Source of the DNA: Escherichia coli | GTDB lineage: Bacteria; Pseudomonadota; Gammaproteobacteria; Enterobacterales; Enterobacteriaceae | Assembly (NCBI RefSeq): GCF_045037415.1 | Contig: NZ_CP173438.1 | Length of the DNA: 64,000 bases | Strand: one strand, 5' to 3' | Made by a program: the position numbers and the translations under genes | Shown here: piece by piece, positions 9,319 to 25,204 of the stretch | Layout: every line of letters starts with the position of its first letter | Position numbering within the stretch: the stretch's first letter is position 1 | The notes under the pieces: generated by a model | What the model was told of the DNA's origin: nothing | The model's input: the letters and a program-made list of their open reading frames with translations, nothing else | Databases searched by the model: none

Positions 9319-12300
9319 TTAGTCAAACTCCAGTTCCACCTGCTCCGAACCAATGAGGCCACGGAGATCGTTTAATAAACGATCGCTCGGAGAGACACGC
9401 CACGTCGCGCCAAAACGCAATCGCGCGCGTGCATCCGCCCTCTGATAGTAGAGATGTACTGGAATTGTCCCAGAGCGGTGGGGTTCCAGAGACTGACGGA
9501 GTCGGTTTAAAAGCTGGTCATCAATTTGCCTGTCCGTCAGCGAGATAGCAAGCCCGCGAGCATATTTTTCCCGGGCTTCGTCAATATCCATCACTTCGCG
9601 AGCAGTCATTTTAAGCCCACCGCTGAAGTCATCAAAGCTGACCTGTCCGCTGACGATAAGTATGCGGTCTTTTTCCAGCAATTGCTGGTATTTATCCAGG
9701 GCGTCAGTAAACAACATCACTTCCAGCCGCCCGGAACGGTCATCCAGCGTGCAGATACCGATACGATTGCCGCGCTTGGTGACCATAACCCGCGCGGCAA
9801 CAACGAGCCCCGCAGCCGTGATGACTTTACCACGTTCTGTCGGGTGCATGTCTTTCAGCCTTACGCCTCCGACATAACGCTCAATCTCTTTTAAATACTG
9901 GTTGATAGGGTGTCCCGTGAGGTACAGACCTAACGTTTCACGTTCCCCATCTAACACCACCTGCTCCGGCCACGGTTGGCAGCTGGCGTAGGATTGTTCA
10001 ATTTGTTCCGGCTCTTCGGCCAGCACGCCGAACATATCGGCCTGACCGATAGCTTCCGCTTTCGCGTGTTGATCTGCCGCTTTTAACGCATCGCCCAGCG
10101 AGTTCATCAGCGCCGCGCGGTGTGGCCCAAGACGGTCAAACGCCCCGGACATGATCAGTTTTTCCAGCACCCGCCGGTTTAACTTTTTGGTGTCGGTACG
10201 GGCGCAGAGATCAAACAGTTCGCGGAAGTAGCCGCCTTTATTACGGGCTTCGATGATGGCCTCAATCGGGCCTTCACCTACCCCTTTGATCGCGCCAATA
10301 CCATACACGATTTCGCCGTCGTCGTTGACGTGGAAATGGTAAAGACCGGAGTTTATATCTGGTGGCAGGATTTTCAGCCCCATCCGCCAGCACTCATCCA
10401 CCAGGCCCACCACCTTCTCGGTGTTGTCCATATCGGCGGTCATTACCGCCGCCATAAACTCTGCCGGATAATGTGCCTTCAGCCATAACGTTTGATATGA
10501 CACCAAAGCATAGGCCGCCGAGTGCGATTTGTTAAATCCGTAACCCGCGAATTTCTCCACCAGGTCGAAGATTTTCATCGCCAGTTCGGCGTTGATTCCG
10601 TTCTTTTCTGCACCTTCAGCAAATACAGAACGCTGCTTAGCCATCTCTTCCGGCTTTTTCTTACCCATCGCACGACGCAGCATATCCGCGCCACCGAGGG
10701 TATAACCAGAAAGCACCTGGGCAATCTGCATGACCTGTTCCTGATACAGGATGATGCCGTAGGTTGGCTCCAGTACCGGTTTCAGGCTTTCATGCTGCCA
10801 CTGCACGTCCGGATAGGAGATCTCTTCGCGACCATGTTTACGGTCGATAAAGTTATCCACCATCCCTGATTGCAACGGGCCGGGGCGGAACAGTGCCACC
10901 AGTGCGATCATATCTTCGAAGCAGTCAGGTTGCAGACGCTTGATCAGGTCTTTCATGCCGCGCGATTCAAGCTGGAATACCGCCGTGGTTTCCGAGCGTT
11001 GCAGCATGTCGAAGCTTTTCTTGTCATCCAGCGGGATCGCGGCGATATCCAGCGGGGGCTCGCCATTCTTCGCCCGCCGCTTGTTGATCATCTCCAGCGC
11101 CCAGTTGATGATGGTGAGCGTACGCAAACCGAGGAAGTCGAACTTCACCAGCCCGGCGTATTCAACGTCGCTTTTATCAAACTGGGTGACCGGATGTTTG
11201 CCCTCTTCATCGCAATAAAGCGGCGCAAAATCAGTAATTTTGGTCGGCGCGATAACCACCCCACCGGCGTGCTTACCGGCGTTACGGGTGACCCCTTCCA
11301 GTTTGCGCGCCATGTCGATCAGCGCCTTAACTTCTTCATCCGCTTCGTAGATTTCCGGCAGCTGCGGCTCGGCTTCAAACGCTTTCGCCAGCGTCATACC
11401 CGGATCGGGCGGGATCAGTTTCGAGATACGATCGACAAATCCGTACGGATGCCCCAATACACGGCCTACGTCGCGGATCACCGCTTTCGCCGCCATCGTA
11501 CCGAAGGTGATAATCTGCGATACCGCATCGCGACCGTACATGTCCGCCACATGTTCGATAACCTGGTCACGTTTCTCCATACAGAAGTCAACGTCGAAGT
11601 CAGGCATGGAGACACGTTCCGGGTTAAGGAAACGTTCGAACAGCAGGTCAAATTCCAGCGGATCGAGATCGGTGATTTTTAACGCGTAGGCCACCAGTGA
11701 CCCTGCACCAGAACCACGGCCTGGCCCTACCGGTACACCGTTATCTTTCGACCACTGGATAAATTCCATAACGATGAGGAAGTAACCCGGGAAGCCCATC
11801 TGGTTGATAACCTGAAGTTCAGTATCCAGACGTTCGTCATACTCCGGACGACGCTTAAGACGTTCTTCCTCGTCAGGGAATAAAAATGCCAGACGCTCTT
11901 CCAGGCCTTCTTTTGCACGCTTGACCAGATAATCTTCGGTACTCATGTCCCCGGTCGGGAATTGCGGCAAGAAGTATTCACCCAGACGCACAGTTACGTT
12001 ACAACGTTTGGCTATCTCAACGGTGTTGGCAAGGGCTTCGGGAATGTCGGCAAAAAGCTCGCACATCTCCTCTTCGCTACGCATATATTGCTGCGGCGAA
12101 TAGTTACGCGGGCGTTTAGGATCGTCGAGGGTAAAGCCGTCGTGGATCGCGACGCGGATTTCGTGTGCGTCAAAGTCGCTGCTGTCGATAAAGCGCACGT
12201 CGTTGGTCGCCACAACGGGCAAACCGCGTGATTCCGCCAGTTCCACCGCAGCGTGCAGATAGCTTTCTTCGTCCGGCCTGCCGGTGCGGATCAGCTCGAG

Positions 12301-12801
12301 AAAATAGCGATCCGGGAAGTGTTCTTCATAAAACGCGACACACTCATCTACCAGCGCGCTGTTACCACGCAAAAGACTGCGTCCAACGTCGCCCATGCGC
12401 CCGCCGGAAAGAAGGATCAACCCTTCGTTTAATTCGATAAGCCAGTCGCGATCGATGATCGGCCCGGCGGCACCGTACCCGCGCTGATACGCTTTTGAGA
12501 TCAGCAACGTCAGATTCTGATAGCCGGTATTGTTCGCCGCCAGCACCGTCAGGTGAGTTAACTCATCACCCAGCAGGTCGCACTGGACGTTAAAATCCGC
12601 CCCGACGATGGGCTTAATCCCTGCGCCATGTCCCGCTCCGTAGAACTTCACCAGACCGCAAAGGTTGGTGAAATCGGTGATCGCCAGTGCTGGCATACCC
12701 AACGCTGCCGCCTTTTTTACCAGCGGTGCGGTTTTGGCCAGGCCATCGATCATCGAGTAGTCACTGTGCACCCGCAGGTGTACGAAACGTGGTTCAGACA
12801 T
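9319..12801 (-). CDS. dnaE: DNA polymerase III alpha subunit
   Basis: 1160-aa ORF with PHP domain N-terminus ([20 protein letters not shown]...). Confidence 0.97.
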   Translation of the reverse strand: MSEPRFVHLRVHSDYSMIDGLAKTAPLVKKAAALGMPALAITDFTNLCGLVKFYGAGHGAGIKPIVGADFNVQCDLLGDELTHLTVLAANNTGYQNLTLLISKAYQRGYGAAGPIIDRDWLIELNEGLILLSGGRMGDVGRSLLRGNSALVDECVAFYEEHFPDRYFLELIRTGRPDEESYLHAAVELAESRGLPVVATNDVRFIDSSDFDAHEIRVAIHDGFTLDDPKRPRNYSPQQYMRSEEEMCELFADIPEALANTVEIAKRCNVTVRLGEYFLPQFPTGDMSTEDYLVKRAKEGLEERLAFLFPDEEERLKRRPEYDERLDTELQVINQMGFPGYFLIVMEFIQWSKDNGVPVGPGRGSGAGSLVAYALKITDLDPLEFDLLFERFLNPERVSMPDFDVDFCMEKRDQVIEHVADMYGRDAVSQIITFGTMAAKAVIRDVGRVLGHPYGFVDRISKLIPPDPGMTLAKAFEAEPQLPEIYEADEEVKALIDMARKLEGVTRNAGKHAGGVVIAPTKITDFAPLYCDEEGKHPVTQFDKSDVEYAGLVKFDFLGLRTLTIINWALEMINKRRAKNGEPPLDIAAIPLDDKKSFDMLQRSETTAVFQLESRGMKDLIKRLQPDCFEDMIALVALFRPGPLQSGMVDNFIDRKHGREEISYPDVQWQHESLKPVLEPTYGIILYQEQVMQIAQVLSGYTLGGADMLRRAMGKKKPEEMAKQRSVFAEGAEKNGINAELAMKIFDLVEKFAGYGFNKSHSAAYALVSYQTLWLKAHYPAEFMAAVMTADMDNTEKVVGLVDECWRMGLKILPPDINSGLYHFHVNDDGEIVYGIGAIKGVGEGPIEAIIEARNKGGYFRELFDLCARTDTKKLNRRVLEKLIMSGAFDRLGPHRAALMNSLGDALKAADQHAKAEAIGQADMFGVLAEEPEQIEQSYASCQPWPEQVVLDGERETLGLYLTGHPINQYLKEIERYVGGVRLKDMHPTERGKVITAAGLVVAARVMVTKRGNRIGICTLDDRSGRLEVMLFTDALDKYQQLLEKDRILIVSGQVSFDDFSGGLKMTAREVMDIDEAREKYARGLAISLTDRQIDDQLLNRLRQSLEPHRSGTIPVHLYYQRADARARLRFGATWRVSPSDRLLNDLRGLIGSEQVELEFD

Positions 12802-12837
12802 CTTCAGATTCCGGTTTACTTAATCTCGACACAAGAA

Positions 12838-13434
12838 TCAGGACGCAAGTCCCAGTGCGCGTTTGACAGGCCCAAAGCTGCGCCGATGGTGTTCGGTCGC
12901 GCCGTGTTCAGCCAGTTTTTCCAGATGAAAAGCGGTTGGATACCCTTTGTGTTGGGCAAAACCATATTGCGGGAAAACAATATCCAGCGCCGCCATTTCG
13001 GCGTCACGCGTCACTTTCGCCAGGATAGACGCGGCACTGATTTCCGGTACGCGGCTATCGCCTTTCACCACAGCCATCGAAGGCATCGGTAATTTCGGGC
13101 AGCGGTTACCATCAATCAACACATATTCCGGCGCAATATGCAGTCCAGCGACGGCACGCTGCATCGCCAGCATGGTCGCATGTAAAATATTCAGTTCGTC
13201 GATTTCGTGAGGTTCCGCGCGGCCCAGACTCCAGCTCAACGCTTTCTCTTTGATCTCTTCACAGAGCGCCAGACGGCGTTTTTCGCTCAGCTTTTTGGAA
13301 TCATTCAGCCCGGCAATCGGGCGCGCCGGGTCAAGGATCACCGCAGCGGTGACGACCGCGCCAACTAACGGCCCGCGTCCGACTTCATCCACACCCGCAA
13401 CCAGCTGCGTGTGCGGATAGACAAATTCGATCAT
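12838..13434 (-). CDS. rnhB: ribonuclease HII
   Basis: 198-aa [14 protein letters not shown] motif; overlaps lpxB by 4 nt. Confidence 0.93.
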
Positions 13435-14579
13435 TGTGCTAACTCCAGAACGGCTTGTGCCGCCTGCTCATCGGCATTGCAGCGGATCTGCTGATGCAGC
13501 TCGCGGAAGGTGTCGTGCATCGCATGGCTGGTTTTCCCGTTCGCCAACAGCGGTAACAGCGCCGCAGCCAATTTTTGCGGCTCACACTCTTCCTGCAATA
13601 ACTCTTTGACTAACTCTCTGCCCGCCAGCAGATTTGGCAGCGAGACATAATCAGTTTTCACCAGTCGCTTCGCCAGCCAGAAGGTGAAAGGCTTCATGCG
13701 ATATCCCACTACCATCGGGCATTTAGCCAGCATACACTCCAGTGCTGCCGTACCCGACGCCAGTAGCGCCGCATCACTGGCGACCATCGCCTCACGGCCC
13801 ATTCCATCCAGCAAATGAACCGACAGGTCTGGCGCGACTGCAGCTTTGATGCGTTCAAACTGCTCACGGCGTTTGGCATTCACCAGCGGCACCACGATTT
13901 CGAGATCCGGATATGTCTGGCGCAAAAGCTGGGCCGTTTTCAGGAAATCGGCACTAAGCATTTCGACTTCTGCACCACGGCTGCCCGGCAACAATGCCAG
14001 ACAGTGGGCATCGTAAGGGATCCCCAGCACATCACGGGCACCATTTTTATCTGGATCTAATGGCATGGCATCAGCCATGGTATGACCGATAAAGCGGCAC
14101 GGTACGTTGTATTTGTCATAAAACGCTTTTTCGAAAGGCAGAAATGCGAGCACCAGATCGGTGGCTATGCCTATTTTGAAAACGCGTTTCTGTCGCCACG
14201 CCCAGACGGACGGACTGACGTAATGAATGGTTTTGATACCCTGCTTTTTGAGGTTACCTTCAAGAGTAATATTGAAGTCAGGCGCATCAATACCAACAAA
14301 AACATCTGGCTTCAGTTCGCCAAAACGCTTTGTCAGATCGGCACGAATATGTAGTAAGCGACGCAGACGACCGAGCACTTCAACAATGCCCATCACTGCC
14401 AGTTCTTCCATTTCGTACCAGGCTTCGCAGCCTTCAGCCTGCATTCGTGGCCCGGCAACACCAACAAAGCGGGCGTTGGGCACACGTTCTTTCAGAGCGC
14501 GGATTAAACCGGCCCCCAGGATATCGCCGGAGGTTTCTCCGGCGACCAGGGCAATCGTTAATGGACGCTGTTCAGTCAT
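13431..14579 (-). CDS. lpxB: lipid-A-disaccharide synthase
   Basis: 382-aa ORF; lpxA-lpxB-rnhB coupling. Confidence 0.93.
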
Positions 14580-15367
14580 TAACGAATCAGACCGCGCGTT
14601 GAGCGTGCAAAGAAATCGGTAAAGGCTTTCACTTCCGGATATGTTTCCGCCAGTTCAGCAATTTCCGGTTTCACTTCATCGAGCGTCTTACCGCTACGAT
14701 AAATCAGCTTATACGCATTGCGGATAGCGGTAATCGCCTCACGGCTGAATCCGCGGCGCTTCAGCCCTTCGATATTGACACCGAACGGCGTTGCGTGGTT
14801 ACCCTGCGCAATGACATAAGGAGGGACGTCCTGCGCCACACCGGAGCAGCCGCCAACCATCACATGCGCACCAATGATGCAGAACTGATGGACTGCGGTC
14901 ATGCCGCCGATGATCGCGAAGTCGTCAACCGATACGTGACCCGCCAGCGTTGCGTTGTTGGCGAGGATGCAGCGGTTACCTACCGTACAATCGTGCGCAA
15001 TGTGCGCGTTGATCATCAGTAAGTTGTCGCTGCCCACCTTCGTCAATCCACCGCCCTGGACTGTGCCACGATGAATGGTGACGCTTTCGCGAATGCGGTT
15101 ACGATCGCCGATTTCCACGCGGGTCGGTTCGCCAGCATATTTCAGATCCTGGTTAACTTCGCCGATGGAGGCGAACTGATAAATCTCATTATCGCGGCCA
15201 ATTTTAGTATGACCATTCACGACAACGTGAGATTTCAGTACGGTACCCTCACCAATTTCGACATGGGGTCCAACGATACAAAAAGGACCAATGTGAGCGT
15301 TCGCGCCAATCGACGCGCCCTCTTCCACAATGGCGGTTGGATGCACAAAGGCGGATTTATCAATCAC
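14579..15367 (-). CDS. lpxA: UDP-N-acetylglucosamine acyltransferase
   Basis: 262-aa ORF with hexapeptide repeats; 1-nt overlap with lpxB. Confidence 0.95.
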
Positions 15368-15370
15368 GTA

Positions 15371-15826
15371 TCAGGCCTCCCGGCTACGAGCACACATCAT
15401 CGTTGCTTCGCAAACTACTTTACCGTCGACCAGAGCAACCCCTTTAAAACGGGTCAGGCCGCGGCGCGTTTTTTCGAAAGTGACTTCCATGATCATTTGA
15501 TCGCCAGGCACGACCGGGCGCTTAAAGCGCGCTTCGTCAATACCGGCGAAGTAGTACAGCTCACCCGGTTCCAGTTTTCCTACGCTTTTAAACGCCAGAA
15601 TACCTGTTGCCTGTGCCATTGCTTCCAGAATCAGCACACCCGGGAAAATCGGTTTTCCAGGGAAATGGCCCTGGAAGAATGGCTCATTGACAGAGACATT
15701 TTTTACTGCGCGCAGAAAACGACCTTCTTCAAAATCCAGCACGCGATCCACCAGTAAGAACGGGAAACGGTGCGGCAGAAGTTCTAAAATCTCTTCAATC
15801 TGCAGAGTATGAGTGTTAGTAGTCAA
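15371..15826 (-). CDS. fabZ: 3-hydroxyacyl-ACP dehydratase FabZ
   Basis: ORF track 15371..15919; TTG at 15826 preceded by aggaag SD gives (M)[27 protein letters not shown]..., 151 aa. Confidence 0.9.
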
Positions 15827-15930
15827 GATACTCTTCCTGTCAAAATATAAGAAACGACAATAATAACACGGCCTGCCGCAATCGTAAGAATGAGACAGGC
15901 CGTAAAGTTTGGCGAACAAAAGATGGAACG

Positions 15931-16956
15931 TTAGTCTTGTTGATTAACCTTGCGCTCAAGCGATTTCAGACGCTTGCTCATGTCATCAATGTTCATCACC
16001 AGTGCAGCGGTTTTGCGCCAGACTTTGTTGGGTTGCAGCGGAATGCCTGAGGAATAGACGCCTGGTTCAGTGATGGGACGCATCACCATACCCATGCCCG
16101 TAACCGTCACTTTGTCGCATATTTCCATATGCCCGTTGATTACGCTGGCTCCGCCGATCATGCAGTAACGACCAATTTTCAGGCTGCCCGCCATAATGAC
16201 GCCACCGGCAACTGCCGTATTGTCGCCAATCACGACGTTATGTGCAATCTGGCACTGGTTATCAATGATCACACCATTGCCAATAACAGTGTCATCCAGC
16301 GCGCCACGATCAATAGTAGTGCAGGCACCGATCTCCACGCGATCGCCAATAATTACCCGACCAATCTGTGGGATCTTCACCCAGTTACCACGATCGTTGG
16401 CATAACCAAAGCCGTCTGCGCCTACCACTGTTCCGGACTGGATCAGGCAATTCTGACCGATCTGGATCTCATGGTAAATGGTTACGTTCGCCCAGAGACG
16501 CGAACCTGCACCGATTTTGCTGTTTTTACCTACGAAGCAACCGGCACCGATAATCACGTTATCGCCCAGTTCAACGCCGGACTCAATCACCGCGTTAGCG
16601 CCAATCGATACGTTGTTACCCAGCTTCGCCGTCGCGTCAATCACCGCACTGGGTGCAATGTTCTGCGCGGGCTGCGGCGTGGTATCTAAAATTTGCGCCA
16701 TGCGCGCGTAAGTCAGGTAGGGATTCTTCACTACCAGCGCGGCACTTTTCGCGAAAGGAAGATCGTCCTGGGTCATGACAACCGCGGACGCCTGGCACAA
16801 GCCTAAATGCTCACGGTATTTTGGGTTAACCATGAACGTAATGTGACCTGTTTGTGCAGATTGCATGGACGCAACGCCGGTGATGACGATATCGCCATCA
16901 CCGTGTAGTTCTGCATCCAACTGCTGCGCTAAATCAGCCAGTCGAATTGAAGGCAT
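15931..16956 (-). CDS. lpxD: UDP-3-O-(3-hydroxymyristoyl)glucosamine N-acyltransferase
   Basis: 341-aa ORF with hexapeptide-repeat left-handed beta-helix sequence. Confidence 0.95.
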
Positions 16957-16959
16957 TAC

Positions 16960-17445
16960 TTATTTAACCTGTTTCAGTACGTCGGCAGTGATGTCTTTTA
17001 CATCGCTGCTGTTGTAAGCAACGGCGTTTGCATCAACAACCAGATCGATATCCTGGCTGTTGGCAACGGATTTCACAGCAGTCTGGATACGAGTAACCAG
17101 TTTGCCGCGTTCTTCGTTGGAACGACGTGCGCGATCCTGCTCAAAAGCCTGCGCTTTCTGAGCAAAAGTCTGGCGCTGAGCCATCACGTCTTTTTCCAGC
17201 TTAGTGCGATCGCTGCCCGCTTTCATGGACTGCAGCTTTTTCATTTTAGCCTGCAGATCGGTTTCCATACGCTGCAGTTCGCTGGCACGGCCTTTGAACT
17301 CGTTTTCCAGCGTGTTAGAAACACCGGTTTTCTGCGCTACCTGCTGGAACAGGCTGCCCATATTGACGATTGCAATTTTGTCAGCCGCCTGAGCAGAAGT
17401 TGCCAGTGCTAAACCAGAACCTGCAGCTAATAACCACTTTTTCAC
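16960..17445 (-). CDS. skp: periplasmic chaperone Skp
   Basis: 161-aa ORF with signal peptide and coiled-coil-rich sequence. Confidence 0.93.
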   Translation of the reverse strand: MKKWLLAAGSGLALATSAQAADKIAIVNMGSLFQQVAQKTGVSNTLENEFKGRASELQRMETDLQAKMKKLQSMKAGSDRTKLEKDVMAQRQTFAQKAQAFEQDRARRSNEERGKLVTRIQTAVKSVANSQDIDLVVDANAVAYNSSDVKDITADVLKQVK

Positions 17446-17566
17446 AATAAACTCCTTACCATCCCATTTGCACCGGAGGGTGCAGTTCTTTGCGTGGCCC
17501 GGCGATCTTATATTGATCGCCTAAAGTCATCGCTACACTACCACTACATTCCTTTGTGGAGAACAC

Positions 17567-20017
<2,451 letters not shown>

Positions 20018-20028
20018 CTAACTAACTC

Positions 20029-21381
20029 TCATAACCGAGAGAAATCATTGAAAAGTGCAAGCCCCATTAACAGCACCAGCAGAATCGAGCCAATGCGATA
20101 ACAAAAGTCTTGAACCCGCTCGGATACCGGTCCGCCCTTGATCTTTTCGATCGCAAGGAACAGCAGATGCCCCCCGTCAAGTACGGGCAACGGAAACAGG
20201 TTAATTATCCCTAAGTTCACGCTAATAAGCGCAAGAAACGGCAGGTAATAAACTACCCCGAGTTCCGCTGTCATCCCAGCCCCCTTGGCGATAGAGATCG
20301 GCCCACTGAGGTTGTTCAGTTTCACATCACCGGTGATCAATTTTCCCAGCATACTGACCGTCAGCTTCATCAACTGCCACGTTTTGTCCGTGGCTTCGAC
20401 GATAGCGTTGAACGGCCCATACTGGCGTACAACTTTATACTCATCAGGCAAAGGAATGACTTTCGGCTCAATACCGACAAAACCAATCGCTTTACCATTA
20501 CCCGGTTTACTCTCCGGGATTAATGTCAAAGACAAGGGACTCCCCTGTCTTTCGATTTCTAACGCTAAGGATTTACCCGGGTTATCCCGGACAAGCATCA
20601 CAAAGGTCACCCACTGCGTTAAGGGCTGACCATCGACTTTAACGATCCTGTCGCCTGCTTGCAAACCTGCCTTGCTTGCCGCCGAGTTTGGCTGCACATT
20701 TTCCAGTACAGGTTCAATTTGCGGCCCACGAGGACGAATCCCCAACGAAGATACCGGATCTTCTTTATCAGGCTCAAACGCCCAGTGACGTAAATCGAGC
20801 TTTACATCCCGCCGTTGGTCGCTGCCAAATGGCGCTACCGTAATGGTGGTGCTTTCATCGCCAATTTTATCGACCAACTGCAAACGCACGGCATCCCAAT
20901 CAGGCGTTTCGATACCATCTACGGCTTTTAGTTCCGTACCTGGTGCAATTTGTGCTTCCGCAGCTATCGAATTGGCTGCTATTTCACCAACCACCGGACG
21001 TACGCCAGGCACACCAATAATAAAAACCAGCCAGTAGGCAAAGATAGCAAAAATGAAGTTTGCAACTGGACCTGCGGCAATAATCGCCGCTCGTTGGCCG
21101 ACAGATTTATTATTGAAGGCATGGTGGCGGAGTTCCGGAACGACCGGTTCTGCGCGCTCATCCAGCATTTTGACATAACCGCCCAACGGGATCAGGGCGA
21201 TAACATATTCGGTGCCGAGCTTATCAGTTCGCCGCCAGAGCGCCTTACCAAACCCTATTGAGAAACGCTCAACGCGAACACCACAACGCCGGGCAACCCA
21301 GAAATGACCAAATTCATGCACGGTGATAAGTACACCCAGTGCAACGATGAACGAAGCCAAATCCCAGAGAAAACTCAGCAT
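20029..21381 (-). CDS. rseP: regulator of sigma-E protease RseP (site-2 protease)
   Basis: ORF track 20029..21426; ATG at 21381 gives [11 protein letters not shown]..., 450 aa, HEFGH zinc motif. Confidence 0.9.
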
Positions 21382-21392
21382 ATTACCTTCCG

Positions 21393-22250
21393 TTAAAGCG
21401 TCCTGAATACCAGTAACAACAAGCAAGCAAAGACCGGTACCGCAGCCGTCAGGCTATCAATACGATCTAAAATACCACCGTGTCCTGGAATTAAATGACC
21501 GCTGTCCTTAATTCCCGCTTCACGCTTAAACATACTTTCGGTCAGATCGCCGAGCACTGAGGCTAACGCTGCGACAATAGAGCAAATGAGTAAGGTGACG
21601 GGAGCGACGTCGAGATTCACCCACATGCCATAACCCCATGAGATTACCGCTGCGGTCACGAGTCCACCGATAAAGCCTTGCCAGGTTTTACCCGGAGAAA
21701 CCTTCGGTGCCAGTTTATGTTTACCAAACAATTTGCCAAACATATATGCGCCAGAGTCAGCGCCCCATACCAGGATCATGACATAGAGCAGCCATATTGC
21801 GCCACTGTAATGATTCTCGTCGTAGTGCCAGGCCCGTAACGCCAGCATGCCCCAGAAGAAGGGAACAATGGTTAGCACGCCAAAAATAATGCGCAATGTT
21901 TTAGAGTTACGCCAGATTGCTGCGGAACCTGGGTAAAACAGCACCAGCAATAGCGCGACAATCCACCAACCCAGCGAAGCCCAAAGTGAGATTTCAACCA
22001 GCGGTTGATGAATATTTCGGTGATATTCCGGCAACAGAAAAAGCATCAGCGCCAACAATAACCCGCATAACACCGCCAACCATACTCGCTGCGAACGAGT
22101 GGTAAAACCGCTAAGCTGTCCCCATTCCCACGCTGCCAGCATACAGACCACCAGCGTTACAATGGCGAACCCCACCGGCGGCAACAGAAACAACGCCGCG
22201 ATGACGACGGGTATTAACACAAAAGCAGATATCAGGCGATACTTCAGCAA
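21393..22250 (-). CDS. cdsA: CDP-diglyceride synthetase
   Basis: 285-aa polytopic membrane ORF. Confidence 0.93.
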
Positions 22251-22262
22251 AAGCGACCCCCA

Positions 22263-23024
22263 TCAGGCTGTTTCATCACCGGGCTCGGTGCCGCCGAAAC
22301 GACGCTCTCGATTAGCAAAGGCATTTAACGCCCCTTCAAAGTCTTGTTCATCGAAATCGGGCCAGAGAACATCTGTAAAGTAAAGTTCGGCATAGGCAAT
22401 TTGCCAAAGCAAAAAGTTACTAATGCGATGCTCCCCCCCAGTCCTAATTACTAAATCTACAGGGGCCAGTTCATGCATACAGACATGCTGGTTTAGCATC
22501 TCTTCATCTATCTGATCTGGTTGCAGGTTTCCTTGCTGCACCTTTTCAGCCAGTTGCCTGACTCCCTGGACTATATCCCAACGTCCACCGTAGTTCGCCG
22601 CAATATTCAGCGTCAGACCGGTATTCCCGGCTGTTAGCGCTTCAGATTTACGAATACGTTCTTGCAAACGCGAGTTAAAGCGACTGGTATCGCCAATAAT
22701 ACGCAGACGCACGTTATGTCGGTGCAGACTTTTTACTTCGCTATCTAGCGCCCACACAAACAGTTCCATTAACGCACTGACTTCCTGCGCTGGTCGGTTC
22801 CAGTTTTCACTACTAAAGGCATACAGCGTTAACGCCTCAATACCGTTGTTGGCCGCAAAAGAGACAGCCCGGCGGACGGATTTTGCCCCGGCTTTATGCC
22901 CAAAGGCACGAATCTTCCCTTGCTTTTTTGCCCAGCGACCATTGCCGTCCATAATGATCGCAACATGACGACAGCCATGCGCTGGCAATTTTTCGCTAAG
23001 TGGTTGAGTAGCAGACAACATCAC
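22263..23024 (-). CDS. uppS: undecaprenyl pyrophosphate synthase
   Basis: 253-aa ORF; GTG start then ATG; HVAIIMDGNGRWA motif. Confidence 0.93.
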   Translation of the reverse strand: MMLSATQPLSEKLPAHGCRHVAIIMDGNGRWAKKQGKIRAFGHKAGAKSVRRAVSFAANNGIEALTLYAFSSENWNRPAQEVSALMELFVWALDSEVKSLHRHNVRLRIIGDTSRFNSRLQERIRKSEALTAGNTGLTLNIAANYGGRWDIVQGVRQLAEKVQQGNLQPDQIDEEMLNQHVCMHELAPVDLVIRTGGEHRISNFLLWQIAYAELYFTDVLWPDFDEQDFEGALNAFANRERRFGGTEPGDETA

Positions 23025-23079
23025 GCGTTTCTTATTCCCTGACAGGGTTTACGGTACTCAGGAATACTGAAGCCTATAC

Positions 23080-23105
23080 AAAAAAAAGCCGTGTAAAACC
23101 ACGGC
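23080..23105 (-). terminator. rho-independent terminator after dxr
   Basis: gccgtg taaaac cacggc hairpin at 23088-23105, followed on the minus strand by an 8-nt U-run (plus-strand A8 at 23080-23087). Confidence 0.7.
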
Positions 23106-23209
23106 ATACCTGACCTTATAAAGCCAACTACTTACGATCAGATGGCGCAGACTATATCACTGAAGCCCTACGCTAACAAATAGCGCGACTCTCTGTAGCC
23201 GGATTATCC

Positions 23210-24406
23210 TCAGCTTGCGAGACGCATCACCTCTTTTCTGGCGACTTCACGCGCGTTCGCATCAACAGATAACACATCATCCACACATTGTGGTTCGCGC
23301 ATATCCATTTTTTCCAGTACGGATAAATTCAACGCAGCGATATCCGTAAAGCGGATTTGTTGCGCAAGAAAAGCAGCCACGGTGATTTCATTTGCGGCAT
23401 TCAATGCTGTCGTCGCTGCCTGGCCTTGTTCAAACGCCTCCATCGCCAGTTTCAGACATGGATAACGATCATAATCCGGTGCGGCAAATGTCAACGCACT
23501 TAGTTTGCAAAAATCAAGCGGCTTCACGCCAGAGTTCACGCGATTCGGCCATGCCATGGTGTGAGCAATTGGCGTACGCATATCCGGTTCACCCAGCTGC
23601 GCCAGAACACTGCCGTCCTGGTAGCGCACCATTGAGTGAATCACTGACTGCGGGTGAATCAGCACTTCCATCTGGCTGGCGCTGGCGTTAAACAGCCAAC
23701 GCGCTTCAATGTATTCCAGACCTTTGTTCATCATGGTAGCCGAATCGACGGAAATTTTACGTCCCATCGACCAGTTCGGATGACGGCAGGCTTGATCGGG
23801 CGTCATTGTTGCCAAATCGCGCAATGGCGTCTCACGGAAAGGGCCACCAGACCCGGTAAGTAAAATGGACACCACGCCATTTTGCTCAAGGTCAGCGTAT
23901 CCCAGATTATGCTGGATAGGTTGCGGTAAACTCTGAAAAATGGCGTTATGTTCGCTATCGACCGGTAACAATTGCGCTTTGCTCTGCTTTACGGCGTCCA
24001 TAAACAGACGTCCGCAGGTAACCAGTGATTCTTTATTGGCCAGCAAAATGGTTTTACCCGCGCGGATCGCAGCAAGCGTAGGTAACAGTCCAGCAGCGCC
24101 AACAATGGCTGCCATCACCTGATCAACATCCTTAAGCGCTGCCATATCGCAAGCGGCTTGTTGCCCACTTAAGACTTCGGTGCGGCTCCCCTGTTGCTGT
24201 AGCATCGTTTTAAGAAGTTTCGCACTCGCTTCATCGTCCATTACGGCATAGCGGGGAGAGAATTCCAGGCACTGTTCTACCATGCGAGTGACATTTTTGC
24301 CGGCCACCAGCGCAACTACGCGGAAATGTTCGGGATTATGGCGCACCACGTCCAGCGTGCTGCAACCAATCGAGCCGGTCGAGCCCAGAATGGTGAGTTG
24401 CTTCAT
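23210..24406 (-). CDS. dxr: 1-deoxy-D-xylulose 5-phosphate reductoisomerase
   Basis: 398-aa [17 protein letters not shown]... Confidence 0.95.
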
Positions 24407-24497
24407 GAAACATCCAGAGTTGAGACAGAATAAAAAGCAAAACGCCGCCAGCCGATCCGCAAGGATCTACTGAGCGGCGTTTTTGTCGTTCAAGAAA

Positions 24498-25055
24498 TCA
24501 GAACTGCATCAGTTCTGCTTCTTTGTCTGCCAGCGCCGCTTCAATTTTCTTGATTGCAGCATCAGTCAGTTTCTGTACATCGTCCTGAGAACGGCGATCG
24601 TCGTCTTCGCTGATCTCTTTATCTTTCAACAGTGCTTTCACTTTGTCGTTCGCGTCACGACGCACGTTACGTACTGCAACACGCGCTTGTTCTGCTTCAC
24701 CACGAACGATTTTGGTCAGATCTTTACGACGTTCTTCCGTCAGCGGCGGCAGCGGAACACGGATGTCGCTACCCGCAGAGTTCGGGTTCAGGCCAAGATC
24801 GGACGCCATAATCGCTTTTTCAACGGCCGGAGACATTGAACGATCAAACACGTTGATTTTCAGAGTACGGGAATCTTCTACCGTTACGCTTGCCAGCTGA
24901 CGCAGCGGCGTCGGCGTGCCGTAATATTCCACGACAATGCCATCCAGCAGGCTGGGAGAAGCACGACCCGTGCGTATTTTGCTGATTTGGGTTTTGAACG
25001 CTTCTACGCATTTATCCATGCGTACTTCAGCATCTTTTCTGATATCGCTAATCAC
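24498..25055 (-). CDS. frr: ribosome recycling factor
   Basis: 185-aa ORF. Confidence 0.95.
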
Positions 25056-25204
25056 GTTACGAATCCTTGAAAACTTGTCTCAGTCAGACCAGACAGTCAC
25101 ACACAGTGGAAGTGTGCTAAGTATAGCCCTGATTAAACATATTACGGGTAAGATCCCCCGCGATACTTACGCGGAATCTTACCCTTATTTATCCATCACG
25201 GGAA

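Noticed and set aside
10870-11682. 270-aa plus-strand ORF within dnaE, and similar antisense ORFs at 8479..9375, 15071..15757, 27021..27794 and 31724..32383
   Set aside because: All lie opposite strongly supported conserved genes and are typical long shadow ORFs in GC-rich coding sequence.
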